IMG/VR virus record: IMGVR_UViG_2698537050_000003
Span: 20,010 to 84,009 of that record
Source: a virus
Lineage: Duplodnaviria > Caudoviricetes
Strand: one strand, 5' to 3'
DNA length: 64,000 bases
Of the stretch, positions 9,380-17,274 are shown in pieces; position 1 is the first letter of the stretch; each line of letters begins with the position of its first letter. The notes under the pieces were generated by a model. The model worked only from the letters and a program-made list of their open reading frames with translations, had not been told where the DNA came from and did not search any database. Both the position numbers and the translations under genes were made by a program.

Positions 9380-9981
9380 CGGAAAGGCGGCAACCGAACA
9401 GTCCTTGTTCGGAATGCCGCCAACAAAAACCGCGAACGCGAGAGTTTTATTATCGGGACAAGCGAGCATCGGATGGCCTGCATTCATGCTGCAAAGCCTG
9501 TCACTTGAAGCGAACCGCCGCCAATGAAAAGGCCCGCCCGAGAGATAGATCACAATACAATGCCGAGTGGGACGCGAAGAACCGCGAAGCTGTGCGTCGG
9601 CGGGCATCGCCAGCATTCCTAAAATGGCGGAAAGAAAACCGCGAAAAGCGGCTGGCATGGGAAGCTAACTATCGGCGCACGGAAGTCTTCCGCAAGGCGA
9701 ATGCCGCACATCAGGAAAACAGGCGAGCGCGATTAGCTGGTGCCGAGGGCAGTCACACTGCGGCGGAATTCTTCGATGTGCTGATCGCGCAGGCCTTTCG
9801 CTGCTTCTATTGCGGCACTGACATCTCGAACGGCGCAACGGAAGATCACTTCATCCCGCTCAGTCGCGGCGGATCGAATTTTATCGAAAACATCCGAGCG
9901 GCCTGTCGCCCCTGCAACATAAAGAAGGGCAACAGACCAGCGGATCAGATGACAAGAGCGGGAGGCCGATTTGCAGTATAA
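9376..9981 (+). CDS. HNH endonuclease
   Basis: CFYCG..EDHFIPLSRGGSNFIENIRAACRPCNIKKG; N-terminal CxxC...CKAC zinc motif. Confidence 0.9.
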   Translation: MTERRQPNSPCSECRQQKPRTREFYYRDKRASDGLHSCCKACHLKRTAANEKARPRDRSQYNAEWDAKNREAVRRRASPAFLKWRKENREKRLAWEANYRRTEVFRKANAAHQENRRARLAGAEGSHTAAEFFDVLIAQAFRCFYCGTDISNGATEDHFIPLSRGGSNFIENIRAACRPCNIKKGNRPADQMTRAGGRFAV

Positions 9982-11269
9982 CCAGCCCTGGGGCGTCTCC
10001 GATACGAACGCTCCCTACATCAACGGCAACCCGTCCACCGGCACGATGGGCTCGATCCCGCCTGCGGCCTCGATTGAATATCCGCAGCGTGAAATCGTTG
10101 CGATGATCGCTGATGCAGGTATCACCCCGTCCAATGCCGACCTGACGCAGCTCGCGAAGGCGATCCAGTCCTGCTTCATCAACTACGTTCCCGACACCGG
10201 CACGGTGAACGCGCTCAACGTCACCATGTCGCCTGTGCCCGCCTATCGCGACGGCCTCGTGGTCCGCGTCAAGGTCTCGGTCAACAACACCGGCCCCGCG
10301 ACCATCAACGTCAATGCACAAGGCGCGAAGAAGATCAGACGCAAGGGCGATACCGATCTGCTGGCGAACGATCTGGCGGCTGGTTCAATCGCCACGCTGA
10401 CCTACAATTCGACGCTCAACGGCGGCGCTGGCGCTTTTGATCTTCTCGGTGCCGTGCAAGGCGGCACTACTGGACCAGCTGGCTGGCTGACCGCCAACAA
10501 GGACATCTATGTCGATGCCAACATCGGCAACGACGCCAATGACGGCACCGATGCGACAGCCGCACACGCGCTGCGCACGATGCAGCATGCCGTCGACATC
10601 GCCTTCTCCTATCAGCCAAGCCAGTACGCGATCACCATCCACGCCGCAGCAGGCGACTACAATGGCACCTGCCAGACGCCGACATGGGGCGGCCCGCACC
10701 TCTACGTGATCGGCGCAGGCGCTACTGGCGCTACGACCAGCAGATTGCACGCAGGCAACGGCTACGGCTTCCTGTGCCAAGGGCCGGGCAACTGGATGGA
10801 TATCACTGGCTTTTATGCAGACAACACCGTTCCGAATTCTGGCCCCGCGCTGTTTACGTGCGGCACTGGCGCGTACATGCACACCCACGCCACCGCGTCG
10901 GGCAATTGCGGCAACGGCTGCTTCCAAGTGCAGGGCGCGGGCTTGATGCAAGTCGGTGGCCCTCACTCCTTTAGCGGAAACACCTTCAATCCGTTCTACG
11001 TCAACATCCAAGGCTATATGTACATCGACCAGAATGCGCAGTTCACCATCACGACGCCGATCACGGTCTCGCAATGGGCGAACGTCGGCGATCTCGGCGC
11101 TCTGATCGTGCCATCGCCTTCGGCGACTTTCGTCAATCCCGGCTACGTCACCGGCACCAAGTATAGCGTTTTCATGAACGGCTGCATCGACGCGCAATCG
11201 CTGGGCTTCAATTATTTCCCCGGCACCGTCGCTGGCGTCAGCGGAAGCGGAGGGCAATACAAGCCATGA
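9971..11269 (+). CDS. Tail fibre protein (TTG start)
   Basis: N-terminal YPQREIVAMIADAGITPSNADLTQLAKAI baseplate anchor; IYVDANIGNDANDG..ALRTMQHAVD; Gly/Asn-rich beta C-terminus. Confidence 0.8.
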   Translation: MQYNQPWGVSDTNAPYINGNPSTGTMGSIPPAASIEYPQREIVAMIADAGITPSNADLTQLAKAIQSCFINYVPDTGTVNALNVTMSPVPAYRDGLVVRVKVSVNNTGPATINVNAQGAKKIRRKGDTDLLANDLAAGSIATLTYNSTLNGGAGAFDLLGAVQGGTTGPAGWLTANKDIYVDANIGNDANDGTDATAAHALRTMQHAVDIAFSYQPSQYAITIHAAAGDYNGTCQTPTWGGPHLYVIGAGATGATTSRLHAGNGYGFLCQGPGNWMDITGFYADNTVPNSGPALFTCGTGAYMHTHATASGNCGNGCFQVQGAGLMQVGGPHSFSGNTFNPFYVNIQGYMYIDQNAQFTITTPITVSQWANVGDLGALIVPSPSATFVNPGYVTGTKYSVFMNGCIDAQSLGFNYFPGTVAGVSGSGGQYKP

Positions 11270-11916
11270 ACGATATCGCAAGAATGATCAACGATTTGCA
11301 GACCGCAGCGATGACGCCGCTCGACCTCGCCGATCACTACTGGATCGTCGGCGGCGCGACCGATCAGGTCTATTCGAGCAAAACCAACACCTACGTGCCG
11401 CTCGATGATCCGGCCTATGTGCAGTTCCTCGCCGATGGCAAGTACCCGTCGCCCATCGCGGTCGAGGCCGACATCTGGCCGTGCCAGGCTGACATCAAGC
11501 CAGCATGGCTGTTCAACGGCACCAGCTTCGCGCAGCCTGCGGTTGGCGCGTGGACCAAGACCCAGCTGCACGCCTATCAGGTGATGTCGCGCTATGACGC
11601 GGAACAAGGCGGCATGGTGCTGACATCGGGAATGCCAATCCTGACCAACGACCGCTCGCAGGCGAAGATCAGCGGAGCACGCCAAGCAGCCGAGAAGGAC
11701 AGCGCCTTCACGACACAATGGCACGCGGCAGACGGCACCTTCTACTCGCTGGCGAGCGCCGATGTGATCGCGATGAGCGACGAGCTGCAGACCCATATCG
11801 ATAATTGCTTCTCGACATCGGCCACAGTCGCCGCCGACATCGAGGCCGGGACGACCACCACGACCGACCAGATCGACGCAGCATTCGCCGCAGTGGTCGC
11901 GGCGGCAAAAAAATAG
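11266..11916 (+). CDS. Tail-fibre-associated protein (DUF4376-like)
   Basis: RYDAEQGG..ILTNDRSQAKI..WHAADGTF..HIDNCF pattern; follows the fibre. Confidence 0.7.
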   Translation: MNDIARMINDLQTAAMTPLDLADHYWIVGGATDQVYSSKTNTYVPLDDPAYVQFLADGKYPSPIAVEADIWPCQADIKPAWLFNGTSFAQPAVGAWTKTQLHAYQVMSRYDAEQGGMVLTSGMPILTNDRSQAKISGARQAAEKDSAFTTQWHAADGTFYSLASADVIAMSDELQTHIDNCFSTSATVAADIEAGTTTTTDQIDAAFAAVVAAAKK

Positions 11917-11927
11917 ACGCAGCGCCT

Positions 11928-12287
11928 ATGGCCACTGTCAACATCACCGTCGAGAATGACGCCGACTTCTATCGGCAGTTTCAGTATGCGACAGCGAACC
12001 CGGATGGCAGCGCAGGGCCGCCGATCAACATCACCGGGGCCGCGCTGGAGATGATGCTGCGCTGGAATGCTGCGGATGACACAGCGGTGCTGCGGCTCGG
12101 CACCGACACCGGGGAGTTTGTGCTGACCAATCCGGCCAGCGGCCTGTTCACGCTCAAGATCAGCCAGTCAGTGCTGCAGCAGCTCGCGCTCGGCACCTAT
12201 GCCCATTCCAACATCATGACGCTCGGCGGTCTGAAGTCCCGAATCTGGTCGGGCCAGATCACCATCAATCCGGGTCCGACGCGATGA
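11928..12287 (+). CDS. Phage fibre adaptor-like hypothetical protein
   Basis: MATVNITVENDADFYRQF...PINITGAALEM...IWSGQITINPGPTR; coupled to the next gene by ATGA. Confidence 0.6.
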   Translation: MATVNITVENDADFYRQFQYATANPDGSAGPPINITGAALEMMLRWNAADDTAVLRLGTDTGEFVLTNPASGLFTLKISQSVLQQLALGTYAHSNIMTLGGLKSRIWSGQITINPGPTR

Positions 12288-14080
12288 GCGATATCGTAGT
12301 CATCGCCGACTCCAATATCAGCATCGTCAACGAGATGGACGAGAACACGCTCGTTCTACTCTCGCCTAATGATGTCGAGACGATCTCGGTCAGCGAACAG
12401 GGGCCGCCTGGACCACCGGGACCGCAGGGACCGATAGGCCAGCAAGGCCCGCAGGGCAACACCGGCATTCAAGGTCCGGTAGGCCCGCAGGGGCCGCAGG
12501 GGCCGCAGGGCGCGGCCTCGACGGTGCCGGGACCGCAGGGACCGCAGGGGCCTCAAGGCAACCCCGGCGCTGATGGCAACACCGTGCTCTATGGCGCTGC
12601 CGATCCGACAGCAGGCCAAGGCGTCAACGGCAACTTCTATATCAATACCACCACGCATTTCATGTTCGGCCCGAAGGCTGCTGGCGCATGGCCCGCAGGC
12701 ACCTCGCTGATCGGCCCGCAAGGCGCGCAAGGCGTTCAGGGCATCCAAGGCGTTCAAGGCACCCCCGGCAATACCGTGCTCTATGGCGCTGGCGCGCCAG
12801 CAGCAGGCACTGGCGTTAACGGAAATTTCTACATCGACACGGCGGCCAATTTTATCTACGGCCCGAAGGCTGCAGGCGCATGGCCTGCGGGCACGTCGAT
12901 GATCGGGCCGCAGGGACCGCAAGGCATCCAAGGTCCGGTAGGTCCGACAGGTCCGGTCCCTGAAGCGCCGACCGATGGCGCGATCTATGGCCGTCGCAAT
13001 TCTCTCTGGGTGCCAGCCGCGCCGTTCGACGCGATGGCCTTCAACGGCATGCAGATCAACGGCTCCTGCGATGTCTCTATGTGGAATGGCAACACGCAGG
13101 TCACGGCGGTCAACGGTGTCTATGTAATCGACAACTGGATCGTCAACGTCAGTTCGGGCAGCTTTACCACGGGGCAAGCTGCGACATCGGCAACAGCGCC
13201 GTTCGGTTCTTGCCTCCAGAACGGCATCCAGTTGGTGTCAGGGGCAGCATGGCCGATTGCTGCCGGTGATTATGCGTTCTTTCGCCATGTGATCGAAGGC
13301 TATCGATGGGGCAAACTGGGCTGGGGCGCGGCCAACAATGCGCAGTCCGTCACCATCGGCTTCTGGGTTTATTCGCAGAACATCGCTGGCACCGCCACGC
13401 TGGCGATCAAGAACGGCGCGGGCAACCGCAGCTATTTTGCACCCTTCACCGTCAACGCGGCCAACACATGGGAATATAAAACCGTCACGGTGCCGCCCGA
13501 TGTGACCGGCACATGGGACAAGACCAACAACATAAGTGCCTATCTCAGTTTCTGCTTTGGCTGCGGCTCCACCTATAACGGCGCAACACCGAATGCGTGG
13601 GGCACCTACAGTGGTTTTGCCGTCCCTGCTCAAACCAACTTCTTTCAGGCTGGCGGTAGCAGCGCGGTGGCGATTGCTGGCCTGACCGCGATCCCCGGCG
13701 CGCAGGGGCCGACCGCGCTGCAATCGGTCAATCTGGTTCGTCCCTTTATAATCGAGAAGAGCTATTGCCAGCGCTACTACTGGTCTGTCGCAGGCGCGAC
13801 GACCTACGCCTTCGGCACGCTGCGCGGTGGCGGCACAGCGGCCTATTGGTCGGTAATCGTTCCGCCAGTGCCGATGCGCGCTTCCCCAACCGTTCGGCTC
13901 GGGACCAATGCCCAAGCTGCCTGCGGCGACACCTTTGTTGTTCTTTCGTCAATGACGGCGAGCCTGCAAGGCGACAACCTCATGGTCGCTCCGGTGTGGA
14001 GCACGGCCATCGGCTCGGCGGGCCAAGCGGCATCGCTCTATGCTGGCACCACGCCTACAGCCTTCGATGCGAGGATGTGA
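12284..14080 (+). CDS. Collagen-repeat tail fibre/receptor-binding protein
   Basis: GPQ/GxY triplet tracts alternating with a duplicated ~48-aa module; C-terminal YCQRYYW...PVPMRASPT fibre motif. Confidence 0.8.
   Translation: MSDIVVIADSNISIVNEMDENTLVLLSPNDVETISVSEQGPPGPPGPQGPIGQQGPQGNTGIQGPVGPQGPQGPQGAASTVPGPQGPQGPQGNPGADGNTVLYGAADPTAGQGVNGNFYINTTTHFMFGPKAAGAWPAGTSLIGPQGAQGVQGIQGVQGTPGNTVLYGAGAPAAGTGVNGNFYIDTAANFIYGPKAAGAWPAGTSMIGPQGPQGIQGPVGPTGPVPEAPTDGAIYGRRNSLWVPAAPFDAMAFNGMQINGSCDVSMWNGNTQVTAVNGVYVIDNWIVNVSSGSFTTGQAATSATAPFGSCLQNGIQLVSGAAWPIAAGDYAFFRHVIEGYRWGKLGWGAANNAQSVTIGFWVYSQNIAGTATLAIKNGAGNRSYFAPFTVNAANTWEYKTVTVPPDVTGTWDKTNNISAYLSFCFGCGSTYNGATPNAWGTYSGFAVPAQTNFFQAGGSSAVAIAGLTAIPGAQGPTALQSVNLVRPFIIEKSYCQRYYWSVAGATTYAFGTLRGGGTAAYWSVIVPPVPMRASPTVRLGTNAQAACGDTFVVLSSMTASLQGDNLMVAPVWSTAIGSAGQAASLYAGTTPTAFDARM
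12576..12920 (+). repeat. Two copies of a ~145-bp module inside the collagen fibre
   Basis: GNTVLYGAADPTAGQGVNGNFYINTTTHFMFGPKAAGAWPAGTSLIGPQG versus GNTVLYGAGAPAAGTGVNGNFYIDTAANFIYGPKAAGAWPAGTSMIGPQG. Confidence 0.85.
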
Positions 14081-14298
14081 TGGCCTCCAAATATCAGATC
14101 GTCGTTCCGAATGTGTCGGTGCTGCTCGTCGAGGAGCGCGCGACCATCCCATTCGATGAGGACAATCGCGACTATCGCGAATATCTCGCGTGGCTCGATG
14201 CAGGCGGCGTGCCCGATCCGCCTACGCCACAAGTCTCTCCTTCGCTTGACACCGTGAGCACGGGACAAACCGCTGTCCAAATTCTCGGAGCGACCTGA
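14080..14298 (+). CDS. Small fibre-chaperone-like protein
   Basis: TGATG overlap; IPFDEDNRDYREYLAWLDAGGVP motif common after such fibres. Confidence 0.7.
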   Translation: MASKYQIVVPNVSVLLVEERATIPFDEDNRDYREYLAWLDAGGVPDPPTPQVSPSLDTVSTGQTAVQILGAT

Positions 14299-14636
14299 TG
14301 TCCGCACTCGATCTGATCTCCGTCGCTTCAGATGCCACCTTCTCCGGTCGCGTCATGATGATCATGTTCAAGGTCGCGCAGCAGGTCTCAAGTGAAGACC
14401 CGGCGACCGTAAACCATACCGAACGCATCAACTATGCTGGCCTGGTGATCCGTGGCGAAGAGAAGCCGCAGGTGGCCTCCGCGCATGTCATCTCATCGAA
14501 CCCGACGATCTCGCAGGCTATCGAAAGCGATCCTCCAGCGCTCGGCTCCAACGTACCCGACAGCGATATCGAGTTCGCGCTGGATTCGATCTGGACCGCG
14601 CGCTCGCTGGCCTATGCTGCAATTGCGCCCGCATAA
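14298..14636 (+). CDS. Phage hypothetical protein, last gene of the tail operon
   Basis: TGATG overlap, 112 aa, phage-like codon usage. Confidence 0.65.
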   Translation: MSALDLISVASDATFSGRVMMIMFKVAQQVSSEDPATVNHTERINYAGLVIRGEEKPQVASAHVISSNPTISQAIESDPPALGSNVPDSDIEFALDSIWTARSLAYAAIAPA

Positions 14637-14793
14637 CCTACACTTTTGATGGCCTTCAGCCTCTGCAGCTAGACTTCGTTGCAAATTTGTAGGGGCCGTA
14701 TCTTTACCTTTACGGCACGAAAGGCAGCCAGAACTGGCGTGCGGTTTTGTCGATCATCGATTTTGCAAAATGGGGCACCGCCGCCTTCTTGGG

Positions 14794-15047
14794 ATGGTGA
14801 CCGTGACTCGCCAGCAAAAGATCACCCTCGGCGAAATGCGAGCGTCAGGCGTGCGCGGCCTGCTGATCTGTTGCATCGACTACCAATGCTCGCACTGGAT
14901 CAGGACAGCGCGGATCAGTGGTCCGACGATGTGTGGCTGTCCGATCTCGAAGACAAGTTCACCTGCACCGCCTGCGGCACGCGCGGTGCCGATGTCAGAC
15001 CTGATTTCGACTGGGACAAGAAGGCGGCGGTTGATCAGACGGGGTGA
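14794..15047 (+). pseudogene. Frameshifted Zn-ribbon small protein (family common in rhizobial mobile DNA)
   Basis: KITLGEMRASGVRGLLICCIDYQCSHW in one frame continues as SADQWSDDVWLSDLEDKFTCTACGTRGADVRPDF in another; one base apparently missing near 14905. Confidence 0.6.
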
Positions 15048-15152
15048 AGAACTGCAAGCCACCCGGCGATGAGCCGGGTGATGGAGGCCTTGCGTGGGTG
15101 CGCGGCAGGCATAAACTCCAGCAGGAACCCGAAATTGAAAAAGGGGTTACAC

Positions 15153-15365
15153 ATGAAGAAGCACAGCAAATATCTGAACCGTGCTCCTGCCGCGCTTCAA
15201 TACTTGTCAACGTCGTTTGGCAGAGGGATTTTCACTATTGCTGATATTCGAACGGCATTCCGCACTCGCTATGCCGACTGGATCGTTAAGCATGAGCAAA
15301 TCAAACGATGGATCACCAAGGTCGGTCGCAACCAGTACAAATTATTGAAACGCTATGCAGCGTGA
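15153..15365 (+). CDS. Small basic hypothetical protein
   Basis: AAGGGG RBS, 70 aa, lower GC. Confidence 0.45.
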   Translation: MKKHSKYLNRAPAALQYLSTSFGRGIFTIADIRTAFRTRYADWIVKHEQIKRWITKVGRNQYKLLKRYAA

Positions 15366-15531
15366 CTGCCCGAAATGCATTCCGAGGCGATATCCACATG
15401 ACAAATGATCCAGAAAATCCTGATCATCTGCTTTAGTGTCATGGACCACACGGCCCTAGTGGCCCAATGCGGCGCGAGCCCAAGCCGTAGCGGCTTGCCG
15501 ATGCCCGCAGGACTGGCGCATCCTTCACGGC

Positions 15532-15972
15532 ATGGGCACCAAATCACGCGAATTGATTTACGGCAGTTCGATCCGGGCGTCGGCGGAACGCGCCGCCGCT
15601 GCCCGCAAGGAAGCCGACAAACTTGCCTGCGAAGCGTGGAACCAACGCATGCTCGGTTACAAGGGACCAGCCCAACCTTCGCCTGCCCTGGGCGACGCGC
15701 TCAATGCCGGTTATTGTTATCTCGAAGTCCGATGCCTTGGCTGTGACACTCACCAGACCGTCGCCTTGAACATCGTGCGACAGTCGAAGTCCACGCCGGT
15801 CCACGAACTAGAACGCTACATGCGCTGCAAGGATTGCTCGCAAGTGCGCGGCTATACTCCCTTAGTTGTCACACGGCGGCAAGGCTATCGGAGAAGCGTA
15901 CACGGCGCCCCGGACCGCCGCCAGTCGGAGGCGGGACGAGGCTATGGTACTCGTGCTATGATATTTTCCTAA
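15532..15972 (+). CDS. Zn-ribbon hypothetical protein, C-terminus probably disrupted
   Basis: YLEVRCLGCDTH...MRCKDCS; composition changes after QVRGY. Confidence 0.55.
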   Translation: MGTKSRELIYGSSIRASAERAAAARKEADKLACEAWNQRMLGYKGPAQPSPALGDALNAGYCYLEVRCLGCDTHQTVALNIVRQSKSTPVHELERYMRCKDCSQVRGYTPLVVTRRQGYRRSVHGAPDRRQSEAGRGYGTRAMIFS

Positions 15973-15986
15973 GGGAAGGACAACCG

Positions 15987-16238
15987 ATGACTCATGGAAC
16001 TCCTCCATTCAGTGCCGATGCGGCACTTCGCCATTTCAGGTCCTATTTCACGGAACCAAAAGACGTTGTTGCGCATCCTCAGCTATCGCGGGATGAGAAG
16101 CTGGCGATATTGCGAGAATGGGAACAGGATGCCCTCCGCCTGTCTACGTCCGAGTCAGAAGGTATGGGTGGTGGAGAAGAGAGCATGCTTGGACGGGTGG
16201 AAGAGTCCATAGGGGTCCTGGAGCGATCGCCACGATGA
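15987..16238 (+). CDS. Small conserved hypothetical protein
   Basis: GGAAGGA RBS; FTEPKDVVAHPQLSRDEKLAILREWEQDA...EGMGGGE pattern. Confidence 0.65.
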   Translation: MTHGTPPFSADAALRHFRSYFTEPKDVVAHPQLSRDEKLAILREWEQDALRLSTSESEGMGGGEESMLGRVEESIGVLERSPR

Positions 16239-16379
16239 TGCACGCCGCAGCTCGTTTCAAGGCAACTCGGGACGGACTGTCGGCTATCCATTCAACGTCG
16301 CTGGTTCGTTGACCCTTGTTGCCGACCCTTGCGGAGCAACTTTCATCATGGCCAGAACCCACGTGGAGGGTGGGTGCCT

Positions 16380-16958
16380 TTAGGGCGACGCTTCATATAG
16401 AGCGCGGCCAGCGTGCATGATGCGCTCATCGCCTATAGCCACCAGCACGCTGTTTGCGATGTCGAAGATAGAGGTAACATGCGACTCATCGAATTGGTCG
16501 GCGGGCAGCGACGCGATTAACCAGTCATCTCGGTAAAGGCTGCCATGCTTCGTGTTTTGGAGCTCACCACTTTGGATGTGGGCTAGAAATTGTGCTTCGT
16601 CGCTTGAACGAAATGCTGCGCTTATACGTGCAATGGGATCGTCGTTTACTGGCTCGGCGTCAAGGTGACCAAATTTCTTGACGGCAAATGAAGCAAGGAG
16701 CAGCGAACCAATGGCCGCTTGTTTGCGGACGTGAGCCGTGCGCCTAATTACCGGCTTAGAGAGCGGCTGATCGCTTCCCCAGATGTCGAGGATCACTTTC
16801 CCGATTTCTTCCAAGCCGAGCACAGCGAGCGCAAATGCGCTGGCGAAGCGGGTGTGATCGGCCAACAATTTTGCGTCCCATAAAAGGCGGTTAGCATTTG
16901 TGATGATCAGGGCGTGCTCGCTTGCCCTAGCTTCTAGGGTTTTGTCGTCGTTGATCAT
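16380..16958 (-). CDS. AbiV-family (HEPN) abortive-infection protein
   Basis: NANRLLWDAKLL..RFASAFALAVLGLEEIGK...HVRKQ...SLYRD matches the AbiV pattern. Confidence 0.75.
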   Translation of the reverse strand: MINDDKTLEARASEHALIITNANRLLWDAKLLADHTRFASAFALAVLGLEEIGKVILDIWGSDQPLSKPVIRRTAHVRKQAAIGSLLLASFAVKKFGHLDAEPVNDDPIARISAAFRSSDEAQFLAHIQSGELQNTKHGSLYRDDWLIASLPADQFDESHVTSIFDIANSVLVAIGDERIMHAGRALYEASP

Positions 16959-17043
16959 CCAAAGAACCGCCCTTTAGCCGTCGAGGTGCCGCAGTATCAA
17001 AGGCTCGGAACGCGTGAATATAACGCCTGAATATAGAGCCATC

Positions 17044-17163
17044 AACGTCTGGTGATGGCAACTTTGAGACATCCCGGCAGCCGCATGGCATGTCTGCTTA
17101 CCGGGGAAGACCGGAAGTGGCCGGTGCACGGTCAAAACGTCGCTAATGACCCAAACCGGAAGT
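17044..17163 (+). repeat. Site A: three tandem ~28-bp imperfect dyads
   Basis: Units 17045-17072, 17090-17118 and 17136-17163 (ending GAGACAT/CGGAAGT); 46/78 ungapped identity with 19902-19979. Confidence 0.65.
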
Positions 17164-17274
17164 CTCGCCAGTTCTTTGACAGGTGATATCCGCGCCGCGA
17201 GAAGATCGTTGGATGATAGCGGGGACATTTGCTTTCGAACCCTCGACCGCTTCCATTCGATCGCTTTTCGAGTG

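Noticed and set aside
9971-14080. Diversity-generating retroelement or invertible fibre cassette
   Set aside because: No reverse transcriptase and no adenine-specific TR/VR pair seen. The repeats differ at all bases, and the serine recombinase is 40 kb away in another element.
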